A DNA stretch of 64,000 nucleotides. It comes from an uncultured Chloroflexia bacterium. Its GTDB lineage: Bacteria; Chloroflexota; Limnocylindria; QHBO01. Positions 38,848 through 48,297 of the stretch are shown here, one piece after another. Location of the stretch: assembly GCA_963814375.1 (NCBI GenBank), contig CAWFCQ010000008.1, positions 448,001 to 512,000 on the forward strand. Reading direction: 5' to 3'. The notes below the pieces were generated by a model that was not told the DNA's origin, did not search any database, and saw nothing but the letters and a program-made list of their open reading frames with translations. Within the stretch, counting starts at the first letter, position 1. Each line of letters opens with the position of its first letter. A program made the position numbers and the translations under genes.

Positions 38848-39645
38848 TCAGCGGTCAAGGAATCGGCGCAGGAAGTGCGTCGTCGCCTCGAAATGTGGAT
38901 TGTTGAGCACCTGCTCGGGTGGACCCTCTTCCACGATGACCCCGTTCTCCATGAAGACGACTCGGTCCGCGGCTTCCTGCGCGAAATGCATCTCGTGGGT
39001 GACGACGATCATGGTGGTACCCGCATGGGCGAGGTCCTCCATGACCTGGAGCACTTCCCCGATGAGCTCGGGATCGAGCGCCGAGGTCGGTTCGTCGAAG
39101 AGGAGCACCTTCGGCTCCATGCATAGAGCCCGGGCGATCGCGACTCGTTGCTTCTGTCCGCCTGACAGCCGGGCGGGGTACTCGTCGCGCTTCTCGATGA
39201 GGCCGACCACCTCGAGGTAGTACTCGGCGCGGGTGACAGCCTCTCCCTTCTTCATGCCGAGCACGCGGGTGGGCGCCTCGATGCAGTTGTCGATCACGGA
39301 CATGTGCGGAAAGAGGTTGAATTCCTGGAAGAGCATCCCGGCGCGCATGCGGATCTGCCGGATCTCCTCGAGGTGCTGCCGACTGCGTGCCTTGAGGGGG
39401 TCGGCTTTGAGTCGGAGCCCGTCGACCTCTACCCAGCCGACGGTCGGCTCCTCCAGAAAGTTGATGCAGCGCAGCAACGTCGTCTTGCCCGACCCGGATC
39501 GGCCGATGACCATCACGGCCTCGCGCTGCCGGATCTCCAGGTCGATCCCGCGCAGCACATGATTCTCGCCGAAGTACTTCTCGAGCCCCTCGGTCCGGAC
39601 GATGACGTCGCCCAGGCTCAGCTTGGAGGTGCCGGTCGCGGTCAT
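38848..39645 (-). CDS. polar amino acid ABC transporter ATP-binding protein
   Basis: GRSGSGKTT, LSGGQKQR, DEPTSALDPE. Confidence 0.95.
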   Translation of the reverse strand: MTATGTSKLSLGDVIVRTEGLEKYFGENHVLRGIDLEIRQREAVMVIGRSGSGKTTLLRCINFLEEPTVGWVEVDGLRLKADPLKARSRQHLEEIRQIRMRAGMLFQEFNLFPHMSVIDNCIEAPTRVLGMKKGEAVTRAEYYLEVVGLIEKRDEYPARLSGGQKQRVAIARALCMEPKVLLFDEPTSALDPELIGEVLQVMEDLAHAGTTMIVVTHEMHFAQEAADRVVFMENGVIVEEGPPEQVLNNPHFEATTHFLRRFLDR

Positions 39646-40487
39646 CGGTCACTCCGCCGCAGACGGCGCTCGAGCCGATCCTGGAAGAGGCTGAAGATGA
39701 TGGTCAGCCCCCAGTACGCCAGGGCCGCGATGAGGATTGCGGGAATCGTCTGGAACTCGGCGCGTCCGATGTTCTGAGCTCGCCACAGGAGCTCCTGGAC
39801 CGTGATGATCGAGACGAGAGAGCTGTCCTTGATCATCGCGATGAACTCGTTGCCGATGGCGGGGATCACGATACGAATCGCCTGCGGCAGGACGATGCGT
39901 CGAAACACGTGTGCTTCGCGCATCCCGAGTGCCTCCGCCGCCTCGCGCTGACCTTGGGGGACTGCCTGGATGCCCGCCCGGAAGATCTCGGTCATGTAGG
40001 CGCCGTAGTTGAACCCGAGAGCCATGACACCGGTCGGGATGGGGTCGAGCACGATCCCCGCCTGCGGGAGCGCGTAGTACGCAAAGAAGATCTGGACCAG
40101 CAGCGGAGTTCCGCGCACGATCGAGACGTAGAGGGTCGCGACCGCGTAGATCACGGGGTTCGTGCTGAGCCGCCCCAGGGCCCCGACGATGGCCAGGACG
40201 GTGGCGAGGATGATCGACAGGACCGAAACCAGGATCGTGATCCAGATGCCGCCGAGGATGTACGGCCCGCTGTTGACGATGAATTCCCACTCGACGCGAC
40301 CGGCGTTCCATAGGAACCAGCCCAGGCCGCCGACCAGGACGACCCAGACGGCCGCGAAGATCATGCGCCGGCGCAATCGGTCGGCCCGGTGCGCCGAGTT
40401 GATCTCCTCGACGATCGGTGCGGGCGGCACCGGCGGATCGGTCAGCACCGCGCTATGAGCGTGGGCGCCGCCGCCTGCCTCGGTCAT
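39642..40487 (-). CDS. polar amino acid ABC transporter permease
   Basis: RGTPLLVQ, EIFRAGI, EAA.ALG, IKDSSL. Confidence 0.95.
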   Translation of the reverse strand: MTEAGGGAHAHSAVLTDPPVPPAPIVEEINSAHRADRLRRRMIFAAVWVVLVGGLGWFLWNAGRVEWEFIVNSGPYILGGIWITILVSVLSIILATVLAIVGALGRLSTNPVIYAVATLYVSIVRGTPLLVQIFFAYYALPQAGIVLDPIPTGVMALGFNYGAYMTEIFRAGIQAVPQGQREAAEALGMREAHVFRRIVLPQAIRIVIPAIGNEFIAMIKDSSLVSIITVQELLWRAQNIGRAEFQTIPAILIAALAYWGLTIIFSLFQDRLERRLRRSDR

Positions 40488-40517
40488 CGAGAAGCGTCCT
40501 CAGCTATCGAAAATAGC

Positions 40518-40550
40518 TCGACGGGGAGGCCGTTGGGCCATCCCCGTCGA
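40518..40550 (-). terminator. intra-operon stem-loop after the binding-protein gene
   Basis: TCGACGGGGA ... TCCCCGTCGA 10-bp stem; no U-tract, so more likely an mRNA stabiliser or attenuator. Confidence 0.5.
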
Positions 40551-40569
40551 TCGGTATCGGGCGGAAAGT

Positions 40570-41520
40570 CTACTCCTGCGTGGTCAGGTCCAGCCCTCCG
40601 AACCAGTCCTCGGAGAAGCCCGCGAGCGTCCCATCCTCGTGCATGTCCGCGACGACCTGGTCGACCGCCTCCACGAGCGAGTCGTTGTCCTCGACGGCGG
40701 CGTCGAAGCAGACCGCGAGCGGCTCGAAGAAGACCGGATCACCGACCGGGACGACCGGGTAGCCCTCGTCGATCGCGCCCTGGACCGTCGTGCTCGAGCT
40801 GAGCCAACCCTGGAACTCCGACCGACCGGCCTGCCACGCCTCGGCGCAGTTGATGTCGGTCGGGAGCGTGGTGGCGGTGATGTCCGCCGGAGGCTCCGTG
40901 ACCTCACCCGCCTCCTCCGTCAGCGTGAGCGTTCCCTCCATCCAGTCGAAGTAGGTCGTTCCCTCCGCGGCGCAGACCGTCGTCCCCGAGAAGTCCTCGA
41001 GCGACTCGATCCCGGTGCCCTCGGTCGTCGCCATCTGGGCGGGGGTGAAGTAGTACGGCTGCGTGAAGTCGAGGACCTCCTGCCGTGTCTCGGTGATCGT
41101 GACCGAGCCGACGCTCATGTCCCAGCGGTCCGACCAGTTGCCGCCCTGCACGGCGTCGAACGGCGGATCGGTGAACTCGACCGTGACGCCGAGGCGCTCG
41201 CCGATCTCGTTCGCGACATCGATGTCGAAGCCCTCGTACTCGCCCGTCTCCGCGTTGAGGGACGACTGCGGCGGGTAGGCCGGATCCGTCGAGACCACGA
41301 TCGTGCCGGCTTCGCAGATGCGGCCGAGGTGATCGTCACCCTCGTGGGAGTCACAGATCGGGCCGCCCGCGGCCGCACTCCCGCTGGCCGCGGCGGACTC
41401 GCTGGCCTCGGCCGGCTCGCTTGCCTCGGCGGAGGGGCTGCCGCCGCCGTCATCGCCCTGACAGGCGGTCAGCACGAGCATCGCGATCGGCAGGACCGCG
41501 AATCGTCGGAACTTGTTCAA
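40570..41520 (-). CDS. amino acid ABC substrate-binding lipoprotein
   Basis: TTG start with GGAGGA RBS; lipobox LTAC; DPAYPP, GFDIDVA, DFTQPYY. Confidence 0.92.
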   Translation of the reverse strand: MNKFRRFAVLPIAMLVLTACQGDDGGGSPSAEASEPAEASESAAASGSAAAGGPICDSHEGDDHLGRICEAGTIVVSTDPAYPPQSSLNAETGEYEGFDIDVANEIGERLGVTVEFTDPPFDAVQGGNWSDRWDMSVGSVTITETRQEVLDFTQPYYFTPAQMATTEGTGIESLEDFSGTTVCAAEGTTYFDWMEGTLTLTEEAGEVTEPPADITATTLPTDINCAEAWQAGRSEFQGWLSSSTTVQGAIDEGYPVVPVGDPVFFEPLAVCFDAAVEDNDSLVEAVDQVVADMHEDGTLAGFSEDWFGGLDLTTQE

Positions 41521-41646
41521 CGAAGTCTCCTCCAATGCGTGGGCACGCCGACGCTGCGGCGTCACATGTGTTCTCGGTCGGCACGTTGTAGCACAATTCG
41601 CCTCGCTCGGCGGAAGGGAAATCGGCCGCATCGGTACACTCCGCGC

Positions 41647-42748
41647 ATGACCTCGACCGTGCCGGCGACCCCGCTCTCGCGCGCAGCGACGCTGCCCTCG
41701 CGCTACTACCTCGACCCGGGCATCCTCGAGCGCGAGAAGGAATCCGTCTTCGGGCGCACCTGGCAGCTGGTGGGACGGACCGATGAGCTCCAGCGCATCG
41801 GCGACTTCGTGCCGGTCACGGTGCTGGACGAGCCCGTGGTCATCACCCACGGGCTGGATGGCGAGCTGCATGCGTTCTACAACGTCTGCCGGCACCGGGC
41901 CGGCCAGGTGGCGCTCAGCCGCGGCAACCGCAAGTCGCTCCAGTGCCGATACCACGGCTGGACCTACGGCCTCGACGGCACCCTGCGAGCCTGCCCGGAG
42001 ATGGAGGAGACCGAGGGGTTCCGCAAGGAGGACTTCGGCCTCGTCCCCGTGCGCGTGGACCGATGGGGACCGTTCGTCTTCGTCAACCTCTGGGACGATG
42101 CGCCGCCGCTGGCCGAGATGATGGGCGCCATCCCGTCCGAGGTGGCGACGGCCGGGTACGACGTCGAGCGCATGCGGCTCGTCGAGCGCCGCGACTACGT
42201 CATCGAGTGCAACTGGAAGGTGTACGTCGACAACTACCTCGAGGGATACCACCTGCCGATCGCACATCCGCAGCTCTACAAGGAGCTCGACTACGACTCC
42301 TATCGCGTCGAGGAGTTCCGGTACTACTCGAAGCAGCACGCACCGATCCGGGCGCTGAAGCCCGGCGAGGAGATCGGCGTCGATCGCCGATACCTGCGCC
42401 AGCCCGGCGTCGAGGACTCCGCCCTCTACTACTGGCTGTTCCCGAACACGATGTTCAACATCTACCAGGACAACATGTCGTCGAACGTCATCCTGCCGCT
42501 CGGTCCGGATCGAACGCTGACGATATTCGAGTGGTTCTTCGCCGACCCGGGCAGCGGGCCCGGGCTGGGAGTCGATGCAGCAGACGATCGCCTTCTCCGA
42601 CGAGATCCAGCAGGAGGACATCGTCATCTGCGAACAGGTGCAGCGCGGCCTCCGCTCCCGGGCCTACGACTCCGGCCGCTTCTCCGCCAAGCGCGAAAAC
42701 GGCGTCTACCACTTCCAGAACCTCGTCCGGGAGTTCCTCGGGGAGTAG
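41647..42748 (+). CDS. Rieske oxygenase alpha subunit (choline monooxygenase-like; frameshift near 42565)
   Basis: NVCRHR..CRYHGW, NYLEGYH...HP; after the shift EDIVICEQVQRG..ENGVYHF. Confidence 0.9.
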
Positions 42749-42771
42749 GAGGCGGCCGTTACCCTCGAGTC

Positions 42772-43071
42772 ATGACGGACCATCCGATGACGTACGAGGA
42801 GCTGATCGAGCTCGCGCGACGTCTCGAGGGCGAGACCCTCGAGACCGTGACCGGCAAGGCGTTCACGGTCGGCATCGCCCGTACCGGGGATGTGTTCTTC
42901 ACGCCGGCCTCGAGCGGGTACGGGCAGAGCGACGGCCGCAAGGCCGCAGAGCGCTTCCTGGCCCGCTACAACGAGACGGGCAGCATGCGCCCCGGCGACT
43001 ACGGCGACGTGTCGCGGAACGCCTCGTACCTCATCGGCATGTTGATGCGCCGGGGTACGCTCAACAGATGA
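42772..43071 (+). CDS. hypothetical protein (99 aa)
   Basis: leaderless TACCCT -10; coding-like codon usage; ATGA overlap with next gene. Confidence 0.7.
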   Translation: MTDHPMTYEELIELARRLEGETLETVTGKAFTVGIARTGDVFFTPASSGYGQSDGRKAAERFLARYNETGSMRPGDYGDVSRNASYLIGMLMRRGTLNR

Positions 43072-43919
43072 CCGATGCCGCACCCACCCGCGCCGACGGC
43101 AAGCTCGCCGTCGCACTCATCTCCGAGGTCTTCTGGGAGCCCGACGGGCCGATCCGGCTCAAGGAGCGCCTGGCCGAGGCCGCGGAGCGCGGCGCCGACA
43201 TGGCAGTCCTCCCCGAGATCCCGCTCAACCCGTGGCGCCCGTCCACGAAGGAGGCGCACGACGACGACGCCGAGGCCATGGACGGAGCGCGCTCAACCGC
43301 GCAGTCGGAGGCGGCGCGGGAGGCGGGCATCGGGCTGGTGGGCGGCATCATCCATCGAGCAGAGGACGGCCGGCGAACCAGCAGAGCGCTGACGTTCGAT
43401 CGGACCGGCTCCATTGTCGCCACCTACGAGAAGCTGCACCTGCCCGAGGAGCCCGGCTTCTGGGAGACGAGCCATTACGAGCCGGGCACCGAGGCGCCGC
43501 AGCGGATCGACGCGTTCGGCGTCCCCATCGGCGTGCAGATCTGCTCGGACAACAATCGTCCGGAGGGCATGCATCTGCTGGGCGCGCAGGGTGCGATGGC
43601 GGTCGTGAACCCACGCGCCAGCGAGGAGAAGACGTATCAGCGCTGGAAGACGGTCTGGCGCGCGAACGCGCTGACGTCGTGCTGCTACGTGCTGAGCGTG
43701 AACCGGCCGCACCCCGAGGACGGCGTCCTGCTTGGCGGCCCGAGCGCCGCGTTCGACCCGAACGGCGAGCTGCTGGTCGAGACGAACGAGACGATCGCGC
43801 TCGTCACGATCGACGCGAAGGTCGTGACCGATGCGCGGCGCGCCTATCCCGGGTATCTGCCGATTCCCGCCCGCCTCTACGCCGATGCCTGGGACGCGAT
43901 CGCTCGGAGCGACGGATAG
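43068..43919 (+). CDS. carbon-nitrogen hydrolase (amidase-like)
   Basis: LPE, YEKLHLP, QICSD catalytic E-K-C triad. Confidence 0.9.
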   Translation: MTDAAPTRADGKLAVALISEVFWEPDGPIRLKERLAEAAERGADMAVLPEIPLNPWRPSTKEAHDDDAEAMDGARSTAQSEAAREAGIGLVGGIIHRAEDGRRTSRALTFDRTGSIVATYEKLHLPEEPGFWETSHYEPGTEAPQRIDAFGVPIGVQICSDNNRPEGMHLLGAQGAMAVVNPRASEEKTYQRWKTVWRANALTSCCYVLSVNRPHPEDGVLLGGPSAAFDPNGELLVETNETIALVTIDAKVVTDARRAYPGYLPIPARLYADAWDAIARSDG

Positions 43920-43928
43920 GGGAGGGCG

Positions 43929-44632
43929 TCAGCCGTCGGCGAGGCGGAACTGTCCACGGCCGATGAGGGTCGTCCCGACGTAGATCCGCATCTCGTACAC
44001 GCCCGGGCCCCCAGTCACGCACGAAGTTGGCCGCATCGCCCGCAACGAAGCCGGCCGTGGTGCCCTCGGGATCGACCCCGAGCTGGTTGCCTGCCGGCGC
44101 CACGATCTGCTCGCCGTCGGTGCCGTCCTCGTTGAGGCGCACGATCTCCTCGCCGATCGTCGCCGCTCCGAAGGGCTGAGTCGAGGTGATCGAATGCGCG
44201 AAGGTCATGCCCGGAGTGAAGGTGTCGACCGGGCTGACGACCACGCGATTGCCGTCGAGCTCCGTACCGAAGGCGACGGTCGCCGGCAGCGGCACCGGCG
44301 TTGGGGTCGGGACGGCGGTCGCGCTGACGGATGGCGCGACTGACAGCGACGGCGTCGGGAGCGGAGTGGGTGACGGCGTGGGCGTTGCCTCGCCGACGGT
44401 GGATTCGGTCGGGTTGAGGCTCGAGAGGAAGAGGCCCACGAATACCGCGGCCAGGATCGTTCCGATGACGGCGCCCATCGAAATCAGCGAGTCCCGGTCG
44501 GTGGGAAACCGCCCCGATCGGCACGATCCGCGCCTCGCCGTGACGGAGGGCCACTCCGCACGATCGGCACACCTGCGCCCACTCCGGGTTGGAGCGTCCG
44601 CAGTTGAAGCAATCGACGGACTCGTCGGTCAT
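43929..44632 (-). CDS. zinc-ribbon + TM + P/T linker membrane protein (frameshifts near 44510 and 44010)
   Basis: CFNCG..CRSCG, TM helix, PTPSPTP linker, beta-rich C-terminus, spread over three frames. Confidence 0.65.
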
Positions 44633-44930
44633 GGGCGCTCAAAGGGTCCTTGATCTGGGTTCCGGGGGTGGGCGGCGAAAGCCTAGCACGCAGTAAGGCC
44701 GCCGGCGGTGAGAACGCCGACGGCCAATGGCCGGCCCCGCAACGGGCCGGTCATCTCCGGAGTCTAGCGAAGCGCCGCCGCGCCTACGTCATCCCGCCCG
44801 AACCGATCGGACCATCCTCCATGCGCCGGTGCGGACGCCTGCCCGATGGCCCGGCAGAGCTCCTCCCGCCGATGATCTCTGTGCCCGGCGCGCTCGCGCC
44901 GGCGGATGCATGGATCAGGAGGTCCTCGAG

Positions 44931-45101
44931 ATGAACGGAACACCGACTCCCCGCGTCGCGCGCTCCGTGCAGCTCGCGGTCCTGGCCGCGCCGACGACGA
45001 GCGTCGTCGAGGCCGTGGCCGAGGCCCGGCGGCGGCACGGAACCGTCGTCGACTGGATTGCCGATCGCGTGCAGCCTCGCCTGGTGCTCGCGACGGCCTG
45101 A
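44931..45101 (+). CDS. small hypothetical protein (56 aa)
   Basis: AGGAGG RBS 8 nt before ATG. Confidence 0.45.
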   Translation: MNGTPTPRVARSVQLAVLAAPTTSVVEAVAEARRRHGTVVDWIADRVQPRLVLATA

Positions 45102-45135
45102 TCCTCGTCGCTTGGCGACGCCATAGAATCGGGGC

Positions 45136-46706
45136 GTGTCTCGAGACTCGCGGTTGAGCGGCTGGCCGCTCGACCACCCTCGCGGTGATCGGCGCGCTTG
45201 CACTGTCGACGGCGCTCGTGGCGCTGATCGAGTCGGTGCTCGGCATCGACAACGCCTCCGCGGTCTACCTGCTGGCCGTTTCGATCCTCGCGCTCCGGCT
45301 CGGGACGTGGCCGGCCGTTGCCGGGTCGATCGGGGCGTTCCTCACGTACAACTTCCTCTTCGTCGAGCCGCGCTTCACGCTGACGGTGTCGCGCCCCGAG
45401 GAGGTGCTGACGCTGCTTTCTGCTGCTCTTCGTCGGCGTGATCATGAGCCGGCTCGCCGGCAGCCAGCGAGCGCGCGAACAGGAGTCGCTCCGTCGCGAG
45501 CGCGAGGCTCGGGCACTCGCCGGCATCAGCCGGGAGCTGGTCCGGTCGGAGCGCCTCGCGGACGCGATGAACGTCGTGACGCCGGCGCCTGGTCGAGGAG
45601 ACGATGATGGAGCGCGTCTGGATCGGTCTGGGGCGGACCGTCGCGACCGAGCGCGTCGCAGGAGACTCCGGTCCGGGACGAGCCCCTGCCCGTCCACCAC
45701 GGATCGCATCACGTCCTCCAGCGCGATCGTGCCGAGGGGTCGACAACGTGGACCCGCATCCATCCGGCGGCAGGGACGCGCGTGCCGACCGGAGTCGCCG
45801 CCCGCCCGCGGCCTCTACCGCATCGAGCTGCGCGCCGGCGACGATGTCATCGGATCGCTGTGGGCACGTCCGAGGCACCGACGGAGCAGCCGCACGTCGA
45901 GGAGAGCCGGTTGCTTGCCGCGGCCGCCGATCAGATGGGGGCGGCGGTCCGCCGTGATCGGCTCCTGGCGCAGGCTGCCGAGCTCGAGATCGCCCGACGC
46001 AGCGACGAGCTGAAGTCGGCCCTCGTCGACTCGGTCTCGCACGACCTCCGCACGCCGCTTGCGACGATCCGCGCGGCCGCCGGGAGCCTGGCGGACCCGA
46101 CGATCGACCTGCCGGCCGATGAGCGACGCGCCATCGCGGCGGCGATCGACGCCGAGGCGGCTCGCCTCAACCTCCTCGTCGGTGACCTGCTCGACATGAG
46201 CCGCATTCAGGGCGGCGCGCTCGTTCCGGACATCGAGGTCATCCCGCTCGCGGAGCTCGTCGGTCCCGCCGTCGAGCGCGCCTCGGCCGCGGTCGACAAC
46301 CGGCCGATACAGGTCGACCTGCCGGACGACCTGCCGGAGGTCCAGGCCGATGCGGCACTCCTCGACCAGGTCGTGTCGAACCTGCTCGACAACGCGGTCA
46401 AGTACGCGGGCGACGATGCGCCGATCCGTCTGACCGCCGAGGCGCTCGCCGATGACAGGGTCTCCCTGACGGTCGAGGACGGAGGGCCGGGCGTGCCGGA
46501 CAACGCGCTCGCGACGATCTTCGAGCGATTCGCCCGCATCGATCGGCCCGAGGATCGCGCACGTCGGGGCTTCGGGCTGGGCCTCGCGGTCGTTCGCGGG
46601 CTGGTCGAAGCGATGGGCGGATCGGTCCGGGCGGCGCGGAGCGAGATGGGCGGGCTCGCGGTCACGGTGACGCTTCCGGCGCACGCGGCCGCCGACGGTC
46701 TCGTGA
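45136..46706 (+). CDS. kdpD: KdpD transmembrane-GAF-histidine kinase half (several frameshifts)
   Basis: VYLLAV..YNFLFVEPRFTL (DUF4118), SVSHDLRTPL, NLLDNAVKY, D.GPG, GLGL; leaderless TAGAAT -10. Confidence 0.8.
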
Positions 46707-47437
46707 CAGCGGACGGGGCGCCGCGCCTCCTGCTGGTCGAGGACGACCACGCGACCCGTGGAGCGCTTGCGACGAACCTGCGCGGACACGACTACCGCGT
46801 GACTGAGGCAGCAGACGGCGAAGAGGCGTTGCGATCCTGGGAGCAGGGGCGCCCGGACCTCATCCTGCTCGATCTCGGCCTTCCGGGCATCGACGGCCTC
46901 TCCGTCGTCCAACGCGTGCGTCGCGACGCGACGACGCCGATCATCGTGCTCTCGGCCCGGGACCAGGAGCGCGACAAGGTCGCGGCACTCGATGCGGGCG
47001 CCGATGACTACCTCACCAAGCCGTTCGGCATGGAGGAGCTCCATGCGCGCGTGCGCGCTGCGCTCCGGCGGGCGCTCGCTCCGGCGGCGGCACCGGATGG
47101 CCGCGTGCTGCTCGGGCCGCTGGCCCTGGATCCGGCACGCCGCCGGGTCGCGGTGGCCGAGCGCGAGGTGCATCTCACGCCCCGCGAGTACGAGCTGCTC
47201 AAGACGCTGCTGGCCAACACCGGCCGTGTGGTTGGGCGCGGGCGGCTCCTGCGCGCGGTGTGGGGGACCGACTACGTCCACGAGGGTCACTACCTCCACG
47301 TCCACGTCGCCGCCATCCGGCGCAAGCTCGCCGCGGCCGACGAGACCGGGGTCCTGCGCGGCTTGATCGTCGCCGAGCCAGGCGTCGGTTACCGCGTGCG
47401 TGACGCCGAAGAGCTGGGGATCGCCGCGGGATCTTGA
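46703..47437 (+). CDS. kdpE: KdpE response regulator
   Basis: LLVEDD, LDLGLP, KVAALDAGADDYLTKPFG, LTPREY, EPGVGYR. Confidence 0.9.
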   Translation: MTADGAPRLLLVEDDHATRGALATNLRGHDYRVTEAADGEEALRSWEQGRPDLILLDLGLPGIDGLSVVQRVRRDATTPIIVLSARDQERDKVAALDAGADDYLTKPFGMEELHARVRAALRRALAPAAAPDGRVLLGPLALDPARRRVAVAEREVHLTPREYELLKTLLANTGRVVGRGRLLRAVWGTDYVHEGHYLHVHVAAIRRKLAAADETGVLRGLIVAEPGVGYRVRDAEELGIAAGS

Positions 47438-47452
47438 GCGCTTCTTGAGCGC
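47432..47452 (+). promoter_or_regulatory. putative KdpE box: tandem TCTTGAGCGC, 11-bp period
   Basis: exact 10-mers at 47432-47441 and 47443-47452, about -76 to -56 from ATG 47508; weak -10 CAGTGT 6 nt before that ATG. Confidence 0.65.
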
Positions 47453-47507
47453 CTGCTGACCGCTCGGGTGGCCGCTGCCTCTTGGGCCGTCGCGTCAGTG
47501 TGGACTC

Positions 47508-47756
47508 ATGGTTGATACAGCGGCCGACGAGGTCGCCCACATCGGAGAGGCACTGGCATCGGTCCGTGCCGCCGTCGACGTCGTGGCCAGCGGCGCCGCC
47601 CGCCGGGTCGTCGTGCATGCCATCACGTGCGAGCAGATTCTCCCGGCGGCGCGCGCCCTCGCGCGCACCGCGCGGGTCGACATCGAGCCGATCTGGTGGA
47701 CCGATGACGCGGGCTGCGACATCGTCGTCAGCTCGCGCTCCGCGCCGGATGAGTGA
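47508..47756 (+). CDS. hypothetical protein (82 aa), first gene of the kdp transcript
   Basis: coding-like codon usage; overlaps the next gene by 8 nt. Confidence 0.6.
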   Translation: MVDTAADEVAHIGEALASVRAAVDVVASGAARRVVVHAITCEQILPAARALARTARVDIEPIWWTDDAGCDIVVSSRSAPDE

Positions 47757-48120
47757 CCCTGGCGAGGTCCTCCTCGTCGAGGATGACGCGCTCCTCGCTG
47801 GCATCGTCCAGCGGTACCTCGACGCCCACGGACACCCGACGCGGGTCGTCGGCACCGCCGAAGAGGCGGACGACGTCATCCGCACCGACCCGCCCTCACT
47901 CGTCCTCGTCGACGTGAATCTACCCGGCGAGACCGGCTGGTCGGTGCTGCGCTCAGCGGCCATGTGCGCCCCCGATGCGCCCCCAGCCGTGATCGTCAGT
48001 GCCGGCATCGTGAACCCCCGTCGGCTCCGGGAGTCGGGGGCGGCCGGCTACCTGCCGAAACCCTTTCCCCTCGAGACCCTTCTCGCGACGGTCCGTCGCT
48101 TCACCAGCGGGTGGCCGTGA
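47749..48120 (+). CDS. single-domain response regulator (receiver only)
   Basis: LLVEDD, VDVNLPG, IVSA, LPKPF. Confidence 0.85.
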   Translation: MSDPGEVLLVEDDALLAGIVQRYLDAHGHPTRVVGTAEEADDVIRTDPPSLVLVDVNLPGETGWSVLRSAAMCAPDAPPAVIVSAGIVNPRRLRESGAAGYLPKPFPLETLLATVRRFTSGWP

Positions 48121-48209
48121 TGGATGACATCCTGCTCATCGGTCTCGTGCTCGTGCTGGGGCTCGTCTTCATCGGCTACGTCGCGCTCTGCGAGCGCCTC
48201 GCTCGATGA
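48120..48209 (+). CDS. 29-aa single-TM peptide preceding kdpF
   Basis: MDDILLIGLVLVLGLVFIGYVALCERLAR; translationally coupled on both sides. Confidence 0.7.
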   Translation: MDDILLIGLVLVLGLVFIGYVALCERLAR

Positions 48210-48295
48210 GCCTCATCGACGTCGTCGCGGCCGTCGTCGCGGCTGGGCTGCTCGTGTACCTCGTCGTGGCGCTGCTTCGCGCCGAGGAGCTCTGA
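48206..48295 (+). CDS. kdpF: KdpF subunit
   Basis: MSLIDVVAAVVAAGLLVYLVVALLRAEEL; YL..AL..AE motif. Confidence 0.85.
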   Translation: MSLIDVVAAVVAAGLLVYLVVALLRAEEL

Positions 48296-48297
48296 CC

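Noticed and set aside
40570-42627. 685-aa minus-strand ORF
   Set aside because: Only 40570-41520 is the binding protein (TTG start, RBS, lipobox); the rest is the antisense shadow of the Rieske gene.
44700-44930. c-di-AMP (ydaO) riboswitch expected near kdp/kimA
   Set aside because: The core GAATC/GGAACC/GTCAGCTAAC elements are not present; kept only as an unknown-structure candidate.
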